Shown one piece after another: positions 1-8,419 of a stretch of DNA of 64,000 nucleotides. The notes beneath the pieces are model-generated. The model saw only the letters and a list, made by a program, of their open reading frames with translations, was not told the DNA's origin and did not search any database. The stretch is from positions 288,001 through 352,000 of the forward strand of contig CAVPOM010000004.1 of the NCBI GenBank assembly GCA_963707025.1, in the 5' to 3' direction. The translations under genes were made by a program, and so were the position numbers. Source of the stretch: an uncultured Verrucomicrobiae bacterium. Lineage in GTDB: Bacteria > Verrucomicrobiota > Verrucomicrobiia > Limisphaerales > Palsa-1400. The number at the start of each line of letters is the position of its first letter. Position 1 is the first letter of the stretch.

Positions 1-37
1 TTGTGCATCAATGGCCGCGTGCAAGCGGGTCGCCCAG

Positions 38-148
38 CTATGGACTCTGGTTGCATCTGGGTTTTCGCCGTTTTGTCTTGCCGTAATTACTGGCTTTGAG
101 CCCCTGAAGCTGGCGGTCACAACGCAGGCAGTAAATGGCTTCACTCAT
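38..148 (-). CDS. Small CxxC peptide (36 aa, MSEAIYCLRCDRQ...)
   Basis: ATG overlaps the TGA stop of the rep gene (ATGA coupling); below ORF-track cutoff. Confidence 0.3.
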   Translation of the reverse strand: MSEAIYCLRCDRQLQGLKASNYGKTKRRKPRCNQSP

Positions 149-1185
149 GGTTCAAATGCTCTGGCGGAGTTTCTTAAATTGCTCTTGCTCCTTTGCAATT
201 TCCTCTGGCGTTTTGGTGGCAAGCGGCTTTTCGCGGGGATCATGGGAGTTACCTTCAATGCCGCTGCTCGCTTAAGGTCAATGGCAGGTTTAATCCGCTT
301 CCCATAGAAACTCCGCGCCTGTGCAAGGTCCTGCTCAAATCGGCCGGGGTCGCCGATGAGATTATCAAATTTGAGCGCCCCTTGGTTCCTCTTGTAAGCT
401 CCTTGGTTCGATTTCGCATTTGCGATTCCTTCACGGATTAACTTGACCACGAGCTTGAAGTCATCATGGGTGAATGGGTTCTGATGGGTGATTCCGTATT
501 GAAGCCATTCAAACCATTGGCGCTCCCGGGCCATGTCCAAGGCAATTTCAGAGTAACCAGTGAGCTTTTGGTAAAGCTCGTGGAAGGCTTCGATCTCTTT
601 GCCTTTGTCTTTTGGAATTTCTGAAAAAGGAGAGAGAGAGACGGGCTTTTCTTTGTCTTTTTCTTCGCCTTCTACCCTTATACCCTTATAGGATGTGGTT
701 AGCTGATGGTTCGCTGATGGTTCGCTGATGGTTAGCTGTTGGTTACTTTGATGGTTAGGCTGATGGTTAGGTGGCTCAATGGAAACAGCAAAAAGCCTTG
801 TGTCACAGAGCTTTGCAACCGTTCCTTTGATGGTTCCATTCTTGGCTGGTTTGAAGGTTGCAAAACCTGTTACTTTCAAAGCTTTTATCGCGCCTCTGTA
901 TTCGCCTCTGGTTAGCCCGCATTCCCAATAATCACCTAAATAGGCTTCACCGGGCTGCAACTCATGTTCATTGTAACCTTTGGTCCACTGGGTTCGGTCC
1001 GCAATGTGCCACGCCAAGAGAAAGGCACGCGGATATTTCTTGGCGAATGCCCTTGCCTCTGGCCCGCGTGTTGCGGCAAAGAATCCCTCTGGCGGAATGC
1101 CGTCTGGATAAAGCCGTGAAGGTTGCTCTCGGCCCGCTGCATTTTCACTCTTGACAGCCGGTGTCTCTGTAGGGTAATCTGGCAT
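145..1185 (-). CDS. Phage-type replication initiator protein (lambda O/DnaD-like architecture)
   Basis: N-terminal wHTH-like region, central NHQ/NQQ linker encoded by DNA iterons, lysine-rich segment, C-terminal helical domain. Confidence 0.65.
   Translation of the reverse strand: MPDYPTETPAVKSENAAGREQPSRLYPDGIPPEGFFAATRGPEARAFAKKYPRAFLLAWHIADRTQWTKGYNEHELQPGEAYLGDYWECGLTRGEYRGAIKALKVTGFATFKPAKNGTIKGTVAKLCDTRLFAVSIEPPNHQPNHQSNQQLTISEPSANHQLTTSYKGIRVEGEEKDKEKPVSLSPFSEIPKDKGKEIEAFHELYQKLTGYSEIALDMARERQWFEWLQYGITHQNPFTHDDFKLVVKLIREGIANAKSNQGAYKRNQGALKFDNLIGDPGRFEQDLAQARSFYGKRIKPAIDLKRAAALKVTPMIPAKSRLPPKRQRKLQRSKSNLRNSARAFEP
696..771. repeat. Iteron-like array, 7 x TGGTT-based units (consensus TGGTTMGCTGA) at 11-12 bp period; putative origin
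   Basis: TGGTT starts at 696, 707, 718, 729, 740, 752 and 764; adjacent to a pyrimidine-rich tract at ~646-690. Confidence 0.8.
1151..1180 (+). promoter_or_regulatory. Putative sigma70 promoter antisense to rep gene
   Basis: TTGACA (1151-1156), 18-bp spacer, TAATCT (1175-1180). Confidence 0.5.
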
Positions 1186-1206
1186 AGAGTTAAAGTTAAT
1201 TGTTGA

Positions 1207-1247
1207 CCTGCCGCGTGTTCTTGACAGGGAGCGCGGCGGGTTTTTTT
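1207..1247 (+). terminator. Intrinsic terminator on the strand opposite the element operon
   Basis: CCTGCCGCG...CGCGGCGGG stem followed by T7 (1241-1247). Confidence 0.7.
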
Positions 1248-1494
1248 ATTGGCTCGGTTTCCAGGCTGTAGCAATGGAATTATTGACGGCGGATTTGATC
1301 TCCTTTTCAGGGACGGCCCGGCCGCAATTCTTGACGGCATCGGCCAGCAGGGTTTCAATCTGGCCTCGCTCCAAGTGCCGGTGCAAGTGGCGACTGACAT
1401 TGAATAAGAAGGGATGCACTCCAAGTGGTGATTTTGGGCAGGAATTGACTTTAGCTTGAAGCCACTTTGGCAGGTTGGACTGAGCGGCGTTCAT
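1246..1494 (-). CDS. Stand-alone primase C-terminal (PriCT-1)-like helical protein
   Basis: Pattern GVHPFLF...IETLL...NCGRAVPEKEIKSAV; coupled to upstream ORF (overlap 1491-1494). Confidence 0.5.
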   Translation of the reverse strand: MNAAQSNLPKWLQAKVNSCPKSPLGVHPFLFNVSRHLHRHLERGQIETLLADAVKNCGRAVPEKEIKSAVNNSIATAWKPSQ

Positions 1495-2006
1495 GGCTTA
1501 TCCTTTTTCCGCCTCTTGGCTGCCTGGCGGCATCGCCGGCGGTATTCTTGGCTCCGCTCGCCTGGCAAAAGTGCCCGCTCGCCAAACGTCTCTGTCAAAA
1601 GATTGCCATGCTGAGAAACGGCGGCGGTTGACTTGTCAAGAAGTCTGGCTATCTTAACCCGGCTCAATCCTCTTTCTTTCATCGAAATGACTAGAAGCGC
1701 ATTCATCGCCAGCGCATCCCGTTTTTCAGGCGGCAGAGGGACAATCTTATTCGTATCTGTTTCGACAATTTGCTTTATATTGACTGCGCTTCCCAAAAAT
1801 GCGGCGTCCAAGCGAACCAACGTCAACCGCTCCAATCTGCGAACAGCCCGCACGGTAGATGCTGGCGACATGGCTTCACGCTCCTCTTTTTCCATCGTCA
1901 AGCTGGCCTGCTCCTTTTCGTCAAGGTCGGTAAATCCGTTCTTTGTTACCAACGGAACGATATTGTCACCTTCAAAGGCATATCCCGCCTGTAGTGCTTT
2001 GGGCAT
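1491..2006 (-). CDS. Hypothetical protein with C-terminal HTH
   Basis: GLSRVKIARLLDKSTAAVSQH HTH-like segment and basic tail; likely ATG at 2006. Confidence 0.55.
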   Translation of the reverse strand: MPKALQAGYAFEGDNIVPLVTKNGFTDLDEKEQASLTMEKEEREAMSPASTVRAVRRLERLTLVRLDAAFLGSAVNIKQIVETDTNKIVPLPPEKRDALAMNALLVISMKERGLSRVKIARLLDKSTAAVSQHGNLLTETFGERALLPGERSQEYRRRCRQAAKRRKKDKP

Positions 2007-2022
2007 GGCCTGGCCTTTGGCG

Positions 2023-2253
2023 TTACCGGGCGACACGGCAGGTCCGGTCCAAGTGCGCTTGCACGTCAGACAAACGAAAGCGCACCATCCTTTCGCCAAG
2101 TTTGAAATATGGCAGAATGCCTCTCGCCATGAAGTTATCTACCGTCCTTTGCGTGATCTGCAACTTGACGGCGATCTGGGCCTTTGTTAAGAGTTCTTCA
2201 CTTCCCGGCATTGCCGTTGTGTGACCGATTGGAACGGATGTATTCTTGTTCAT
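2023..2253 (-). CDS. Excisionase/AlpA-like HTH_17 DNA-binding protein
   Basis: LLTKAQIAVKLQITQRTVDNFMARGILPYFKLGERMVRF motif. Confidence 0.8.
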   Translation of the reverse strand: MNKNTSVPIGHTTAMPGSEELLTKAQIAVKLQITQRTVDNFMARGILPYFKLGERMVRFRLSDVQAHLDRTCRVAR

Positions 2254-2383
2254 CACCAATACGCACCATGTCAACGTGATTACAAAACTATGATGGATTT
2301 ACCGAGTAAGAACGGCTTTTTAGATAGTCGTGATTGATAGATTGTCCTTGCAATGTCTCTTGAAATGAGCGAGATTTAGGCTT

Positions 2384-2833
2384 GTGAAAAGAAAGAGCAT
2401 CAAACCTTCAGAACTGGCGGCCATGCTAAACCTGTCTCATCAGCAAGTCAGAAGGCTTGCCATTGCTGGCGGGATTCCAGAGACGATCAAAACAAACGGC
2501 GGCCATTATCGCTTTCGCAACACACCTTGCTTTACTCGGTGGGTTGCCACTGAAAAAGGCCGTCTGTATCGGCAGGATATTTTAAGAAGCGCAAAGTCAG
2601 AGGCTCACGAGCGAGCAAGAGCGGAGCAAAGCGCCTTTCAGCCTCTTTATGAGTTTAAGCGTTGGTTGAAGAAAAACCCTGTCACGCATGAGACGGCAAC
2701 TTGGGTGATTCGCAGGCTTGCAGAAGAATTGGAGCCACTGGTTAAGTATTCCGCATCGCTCAATTCGGAAATAAATGCCCGTGGCCTGAGCCTTCCCGGC
2801 AAGGGGGATATGAACACAAGGGACACCCTCTGA
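2384..2833 (+). CDS. HTH DNA-binding protein, divergent regulator candidate
   Basis: N-terminal PSELAAMLNLSHQQVRRLA...GGHYRF MerR/Xis-type HTH; divergent from 2253. Confidence 0.65.
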   Translation: MKRKSIKPSELAAMLNLSHQQVRRLAIAGGIPETIKTNGGHYRFRNTPCFTRWVATEKGRLYRQDILRSAKSEAHERARAEQSAFQPLYEFKRWLKKNPVTHETATWVIRRLAEELEPLVKYSASLNSEINARGLSLPGKGDMNTRDTL

Positions 2834-2986
2834 AAACGTGCCTGGGGTCAAATGCGCTTCAAATCCGGCCCGCCTGGCGTTGCCGGTCGGTTCAAGCCCG
2901 GCCAGCCGTCAAAGGGAAGCGCGGGCTTCACTTTGCCTTTTCAAATCCATCAATTACGGGATTTCCGATAGCAGGTTTTACAGATT

Positions 2987-4213
2987 TCAGACGGCGGCAA
3001 GGGCGATGATTTTCTCGCCACTGGCGGGGGCAACGAAAAACCACGCCTGCGCATCCGACGGCCTCACAATTTCCCGGTAATTGCGGAAAATCATCGTCGG
3101 CGAATTGCCGCATTCCAAGGCCACTTGCGCGACGTTCTGAATTTGCGCCACTCGGTAGGAAATGAAACTGTGCCTGAGCGCATTCGCTTTCCAGGGAATG
3201 CCGGTTTTCTTGGATAGCCGGGCGATGGGCTTTTGCGTGTTCTTGAACCGCCAAAGTTGGCCTTCGGGTTTGGCGATGGGCAAAAGCCATTCCCGCAAAT
3301 TGGGCAGGATGGGGACAAGGCGGCGTTGCGCCGTGCCCTTGTGAGCGTGAACCGTGATATGGTTGCGTTGCAAGTCAACGTGTGACCAGTCCATACGCTC
3401 AATTTCAGAACTGCGAAGCCCGGCAAAAGCGCCAATGGCAACAAACGCCCTTGTTTCATCATCCGCCCCGGCCAAAAAGGCGGCAATCTCGTTTGGCGTG
3501 AAAATCTCAATTGCGCCAGTCCGTTTCTTTGCCGATGCGATTTTGTCAGCGTCAAGATGATCTTTCGGAATGTAACTCTGTGCCACGGCAAACCTGAAAA
3601 GTGAAATAATCGCCATGCGGTAATTGTTTCGAGTCCGGCCTGACACGTCCAAGCCCCTGAGCCAGCCGGAAATGTCCGCCTCAGTCACGTTGCCGATGTT
3701 GCACGAAAACGACTTGGCAAAAGTCCCGCAACGATTGTCCAAGTCTTTGATGTGCCGATGGGATAAGCCGTCTGCCTTTTTCGCGGCAATCATTTCCGCG
3801 CAACATTCCGCAACGGTTTTCTGCGGTGCATTCAAATTGTTGCGCTTGCGGTAAAACTTCGCGGCGTCCACTAGGGACACCGCCCTTGGCAAAAGTTTGG
3901 ACGCCTCGGCAAACTGCATTGCGGCCATTTCCAGGGGGACGCCAAAGGGCTTCAACGTCTCGACGGCCCGGATGTATGCAAGCCGGTCCTCGCCCGTCAG
4001 GTCCAGGGACACGACCTCGCCCCGCGAAAGTTCATTAACCTTCGCGGCGGCTTCGTCTTTGGCTTGCTGCGGGTCGGAAAACGACTTCACTTGCCGCTTG
4101 CCGTCCGGCCCATACCAGGCCAGCCGGTATTCGACATAATGACGATTTTTTATGCGATAGATGGTTACTGCGGCGTTGCCGCGTTTCACTTCAAGAGGAA
4201 ATATGTCTTTCAT
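2987..4213 (-). CDS. int: Tyrosine recombinase/phage integrase
   Basis: GLRSSEI, NALRHSF and GNS...NY catalytic boxes; N-terminal arm-binding-like region; adjacent to tmRNA. Confidence 0.92.
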   Translation of the reverse strand: MKDIFPLEVKRGNAAVTIYRIKNRHYVEYRLAWYGPDGKRQVKSFSDPQQAKDEAAAKVNELSRGEVVSLDLTGEDRLAYIRAVETLKPFGVPLEMAAMQFAEASKLLPRAVSLVDAAKFYRKRNNLNAPQKTVAECCAEMIAAKKADGLSHRHIKDLDNRCGTFAKSFSCNIGNVTEADISGWLRGLDVSGRTRNNYRMAIISLFRFAVAQSYIPKDHLDADKIASAKKRTGAIEIFTPNEIAAFLAGADDETRAFVAIGAFAGLRSSEIERMDWSHVDLQRNHITVHAHKGTAQRRLVPILPNLREWLLPIAKPEGQLWRFKNTQKPIARLSKKTGIPWKANALRHSFISYRVAQIQNVAQVALECGNSPTMIFRNYREIVRPSDAQAWFFVAPASGEKIIALAAV

Positions 4214-4220
4214 GGTGAAA

Positions 4221-4241
4221 TTGTGTGGAATTTGTGTGGAA
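4221..4241. repeat. Tandem 10-bp direct repeat TTGTGTGGAA (putative arm-type Int sites) overlapping int promoter
   Basis: Copies at 4221-4230 and 4232-4241; minus strand reads TTGACT-N17-CACAAT-N6-ATG. Confidence 0.6.
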
Positions 4242-4251
4242 AAGTCAACCT

Positions 4252-4283
4252 AAAAAGTTAAGTGCTTGATTTACAAGCACTTA
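4252..4283 (-). terminator. 10-bp perfect hairpin just downstream of tmRNA, followed by T5
   Basis: TAAGTGCTTG (4259-4268) / CAAGCACTTA (4274-4283); includes IHF-consensus match AATCAAgcacTTA on the minus strand. Confidence 0.6.
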
Positions 4284-4285
4284 TA

Positions 4286-4638
4286 TGGTGGAGGCGGCGG
4301 GAGTTGAACCCGCGTCCCTGACAAATTTGCCGGCCGCGACTACATGCTTAGTCAGAAGAGAGTCTCAACCGCCGGATAAGGTCCTGACGCCAATCCGGCA
4401 GTCCAGCCCGCATGAAATAGTTTCGATGAAACGCGCGCGGACTCCGCGCCTCACCTAACCTGCTGTGGCGTTCGTCCTTCGTAGCAGGTGTCCGAAGGGG
4501 AACGTCGCGGCGCATTTAGGCCGCGAGAGCTAATTCTTGGTTAGCACTTATTTTTGGTTCGATTTTTTACGAGGCCAACGAACCGTCCTCGGCATGCCGC
4601 CTCCAGCGCATCTTCCAGGTCGAAACCAGTACGCCCCC
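4286..4638 (-). ncRNA. ssrA: tmRNA; tag peptide (A)ANQELALAA at 4545-4516
   Basis: 5' GGGGGCG and 3' CGCCTCCACCA acceptor stem with G3-U70, T-arm GGTTCAACTCC, tag ORF ending ALAA-stop. Confidence 0.97.
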
Positions 4639-4706
4639 CTCCATCGGCTTTAATATCCCACACTTTGCGGCGGGTGGCGAGTTTAAAGTTTGGGCGCGGC
4701 CGGCGT

Positions 4707-4883
4707 GGGTGGCGCGGCGGGCAACGGAGTGCCCGCCCTACCTTCGCCATCCACCCGCTATGGAACTGTTATAGGTTGGGGGCAATGGCGGGGTGGCGCG
4801 GCGGGTCCCGATAATTCGGGACCCGCCCTGCCTTCCCCATCCATCCATTGCGGAACGGTTATAAGTAGGGGGAAAATGGCGGG
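4707..4883. repeat. Two tandem ~85-90 bp REP-containing units
   Basis: GGGTGGCGCGGCGGG...CCCGCCCT(A/G)CC...AATGGCGGG repeated from 4707 and 4791. Confidence 0.7.
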
Positions 4884-6193
4884 TCCGGGCGGCGGGTGAG
4901 TTTGAGGCGGGCGACGCGGGTGCCGTCCATTTCCTCGACGCCCAATTCGAAATTTCCCAGCGGGAGGGTGTCGCCCGCCTTGGGGAAGCCGCCCAGGCGC
5001 TGGGTGACCCAGCCGCTGGTGGTGGCGATGCCTTCGCTGGAGAGATTCTGGCCGACTAATTCGCCCAGCTCATGCAAGGGCAGGGCGCCGTCAATCTGCC
5101 AGGTGCTCTGGTCGCGGCGGAGGAGGAGCGGTTTTTCCTGGTCGAATTCATCCTGAATCTGGCCGACCAGTTCCTCCAGGATGTTTTCCAGGGTGGCCAG
5201 GCCGACGGTGCCGCCCCATTCGTCCACGACGATGGCGAGATGGAGTTTGCGCTCCAGAAAAAGTTGGAGGAGTTTTTCCAGCCGGGTGGTTTCGGGGACG
5301 TAAATCAATTTGCGGGCCGCGCCGCGCAAAGCGGCGCCGCTGTCGGCTTTGGCGCGCAAGGCGAATAAATCCTTGCAATGAACCACGCCGAGGGTTTTGT
5401 CCAAATTGCCGCCTTCGCAGAGTGGGAAGCGGGAGTAGTGCGATTTTTCGGCCAGCTCCAGGCATTCGGGCAGGCTGGCCTGGGTGTTGAGGCCGACGAT
5501 TTCCATGCGCGGGCGCATAACGTCGCGCACGGTGCGCCGGCTCAGGTCCAGGGCGTTGAGGATGATGTCGTGGCCCAGGCGGCTGCCGCCGGGACGGCGC
5601 TGGGTGAGCATGAGGCGCAGTTCGTCCTCGGAATGGGTGGTCAGGGGCACGGGGCCGGCTTCGATGCCGACGCGGCGGAGCAGCCATTGGGCGCAATGGT
5701 TGAGCAGCCAATTGGCCGGGTAGGAGACGCGATAAAACCAGTGCAAGGGGGCGGAGGTCCAGAGGGAAACCGGCAGGGCGCGCTGGATGGCAAACCATTT
5801 TGGCCCCAACTCGCCCAGGACGATTTGCAGGAAGGTGACCAGGGAAAAACCGACGGCAAAGGCGATGTCCGCCTGGGCCTGGGGAGAAGTGACGCCGACC
5901 CAATCGAGCGCCGGCCGGAGCAAGGCGGTGAACAGCGGCCCGGAGAGCCAGCCCAGCCCCAGGCTGGCCATGGTGATGCCCAGTTGGGTGGCGCTGAGGT
6001 AGGAGGTCAGGTTTTGCAGGATGTGCCGGGCCAGGCGCGCGCGGCGCTGGCCCAGGCCGATCAAGGCGTCCAACTGGGTGTCGCGCAATTTGACGAAGGC
6101 GAATTCGGCGGCGACGAAGAAGCCGTTGAGCAGGACGATGGCCAGGATGCCCAGAACGCGCAACCCCTGTGCAACGAAGGCGTGGCTGTCCAT
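4859..6193 (-). CDS. Hemolysin/CNNM family protein (DUF21-CBS-CBS-CorC_HlyC)
   Basis: NGFFVAAEFA, GELGPK, SRFP, VVDEWGGTVG...LEELVG motifs. Confidence 0.92.
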   Translation of the reverse strand: MDSHAFVAQGLRVLGILAIVLLNGFFVAAEFAFVKLRDTQLDALIGLGQRRARLARHILQNLTSYLSATQLGITMASLGLGWLSGPLFTALLRPALDWVGVTSPQAQADIAFAVGFSLVTFLQIVLGELGPKWFAIQRALPVSLWTSAPLHWFYRVSYPANWLLNHCAQWLLRRVGIEAGPVPLTTHSEDELRLMLTQRRPGGSRLGHDIILNALDLSRRTVRDVMRPRMEIVGLNTQASLPECLELAEKSHYSRFPLCEGGNLDKTLGVVHCKDLFALRAKADSGAALRGAARKLIYVPETTRLEKLLQLFLERKLHLAIVVDEWGGTVGLATLENILEELVGQIQDEFDQEKPLLLRRDQSTWQIDGALPLHELGELVGQNLSSEGIATTSGWVTQRLGGFPKAGDTLPLGNFELGVEEMDGTRVARLKLTRRPDPPFSPYL

Positions 6194-7180
6194 TTACAAA
6201 TTCACCTCCCCAAAGATGACGCGGAGGATGTCCTGCAGGCTGACCAATCCGGTCTCTCCGTGGTCGGGGCTGAAAACAACGGCCAGGCGGCAGCCGGTGG
6301 CCTGCATGCGGCGCAGGGCCTCTTCCAGGCGCAGTTCCTCGGGCAGAAAGAAGGCCGGTTCCATGTAATCCCGCGCCAGCCGGGCCGGGTCCAATTTGCC
6401 GGAGTAAAGGAGCCACTCCAGATTGATGACGCCGGCGGCCTGGCCGGTTTTTGAGTCCAGCACAGGGATGCGGTGGAAATTGCGCTGCCGGCACAAGGCG
6501 AGCACTTGGGACATCGGGGCGGAGGCGGCCACGGTGGAGGCGGCGGCCATGGGAATGGTGACGTGGCGGACGCGGAGATTTTGCAGGTCGAGCACGCGGT
6601 TGATCATGGCCTTTTCTTCGGTGGTCAGGTTGGGGGCCGATTCCTGCATGACGAAACGGAGTTCCTCGCGGCTGCCGAAGAGCCGGCCGGTGAAGGTCTT
6701 GCCGCCGGTGCAGCGGAGCAGGCCGCGGGAGAACCAGGCGACCAGCGCCACCAGCGGGGCGAGCAGGCCGTGAATGGCCCGGAAGGGCCGGGCCAAGGCC
6801 AGGGTCAGGCGGTTGGGATGCCGCAGAAAGAGGGTCTTGGGCACCAGTTCGCAGACGATGTAAAAGACAAACACGGCGGCGCCGACCACCACCAGCCAGA
6901 GGACGGGCCGGCCATGCAGCCAGTCGCGCAATTTGACCAGGGCGACGCTGAAGATGAGGAAATTGACCACGGTGTTGCCGACCAGGATGGTCCAGAGGAA
7001 ATCCTCCGGGTTTTCCAGGCAGCCGTGCAGCACCCTGGCCCGGCGGTCCCCGGCCCGCGCCAATTGGCGGATGCGAAAATGATTCAGGGCCAGCACGCCC
7101 GACTCCATCCCGGAAAAGAGGAAGGACAGGGCGGTGCAGAACAACAGGGCCAGGCCGGTCAACAAATCCTTTTCGCTCAT
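6194..7180 (-). CDS. CNNM/DUF21-CBS protein lacking the C-terminal CorC domain
   Basis: FSGMESG, LVGNTVVN, CELVPK, CBS pair; ends DILRVIFGEVNL. Confidence 0.9.
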   Translation of the reverse strand: MSEKDLLTGLALLFCTALSFLFSGMESGVLALNHFRIRQLARAGDRRARVLHGCLENPEDFLWTILVGNTVVNFLIFSVALVKLRDWLHGRPVLWLVVVGAAVFVFYIVCELVPKTLFLRHPNRLTLALARPFRAIHGLLAPLVALVAWFSRGLLRCTGGKTFTGRLFGSREELRFVMQESAPNLTTEEKAMINRVLDLQNLRVRHVTIPMAAASTVAASAPMSQVLALCRQRNFHRIPVLDSKTGQAAGVINLEWLLYSGKLDPARLARDYMEPAFFLPEELRLEEALRRMQATGCRLAVVFSPDHGETGLVSLQDILRVIFGEVNL

Positions 7181-7181
7181 A

Positions 7182-8412
7182 TTATTTTTTCTTGACTGCT
7201 TCGACGAGCAGTTCGCGGATGCGCCGCTCGTCGGCCGCCTGCACGGTCAGGCGCAGGCCGCCGACGACGACCGACTCCCCCGGGGCGGGCACGACCTGGA
7301 AGGCGTGCAGGGCCAGGCCGGACATGGTTTCCACGCCGGGCGTCTCCCCCAGGGGCGGGTATTCGCGCCGGAAATTATCCAGGCGCACGGCGCCGCCCGC
7401 CCGCCAGCGGCCCGGCCCGAGATTCTCCAGGACGGCCTGGGCCGGCTCGTGCTCGTGGTGAATCCGGCCCACCACCTCGGCCAGGATGTCCTCGATGGTG
7501 ACGATGCCGGCGGTGCCGCCGAATTCATCCCGCACGATGGCCAGGCCGCGGCGCTGGCGCTGCAAACTCTTGAGCAATTGCAGCAGATTCATGCTCTCCG
7601 GCACGAAGGAGGGGAACTCGATGACCGCGTCCAAATCCTGCTCCGGGTCCAGGAGGAGGGAGTGGGTGTTGAGCACGCCGACGATGTTGTCGGGGGTTTC
7701 ATCATACATGGGCAGGCGGCGGTGCTGGGCGCGGCGGGCGGCGGCGGCCATTTCCGCCACGGAAAGATCGTCGGAAATGCAGACCATCTGGGTGCGCCCT
7801 TTCATGACCTCGCGGGCCTGGCGGCGGTCCAGGCGGATGATTTGCAGGATGATCTCCTTCTCCCCCGCGGCCAGGGCGCCCTGCTGGAACGCCATTTCCA
7901 GCAACTCCTTGTACTCGGCGTCGGAAAGGCTGGCCGGGGCGGCCAGGGCGGCGGGGCCGACGGCGCCCAGGACGGCGTTTGTCAAGTATTGGGCGATCCG
8001 GCGCAGCGGGCGGCTGGCATTTTGCAAAAACAACATCGGGCGGGCCACCCGCCGCGACCAAAGCTCCGGGGCGCGCACCGCCATGGTTTTGGGGGCGGCT
8101 TCGCCGCCGAACAACACCGCCCAGAGCACGGCGAACATGACCCAGCGCCGGCCAGTCGCGGCGCCACACCACCCACAGCACGAGGGTGACGATGCCGGCG
8201 TTGGCGAAGCTGTTGCCCAAGGCCAGCGTGGCCAGCAGGTCCTGCGGGGTGGCGAGCAGGCGGCTGATGATTTTGCCCGCGCCGGGGGAGCGTTCCTCCA
8301 ACTGGCGCACCTGCCATTTGCCCAGCGAAAAGAGGGACGTTTCGGCCAGCGCAAAAAAGAAGCTGGCGCCGGAAAATGCGATCAGCCCCGCCAATGCCAG
8401 GATCGGCGTCAT
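7182..8412 (-). CDS. Hemolysin/CNNM family protein, frameshifted near 8140-8155
   Basis: N-terminus (FFALAETSLFSL...GNSFAN) in ORF 7702-8412; remainder (GEAAPK, DEFGGTAG) in ORF 7182-8354. Confidence 0.85.
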
Positions 8413-8419
8413 CGGCTGA

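Larger units (their letters stand above)
1..4285 (-). mobile_element. Integrative phage/satellite-like element inserted at tmRNA 3' end (far end beyond window)
   Basis: Tyrosine integrase directly downstream of ssrA, excisionase-like HTH, divergent HTH, PriCT-like and replication-initiator genes; visibly lower GC than flanking chromosome. Confidence 0.85.

Noticed and set aside
4286..4320. tRNA gene
   Set aside because: The tRNA-like 3' end pairs with a 5' end ~350 nt away and encloses a tag ORF, so it is tmRNA.
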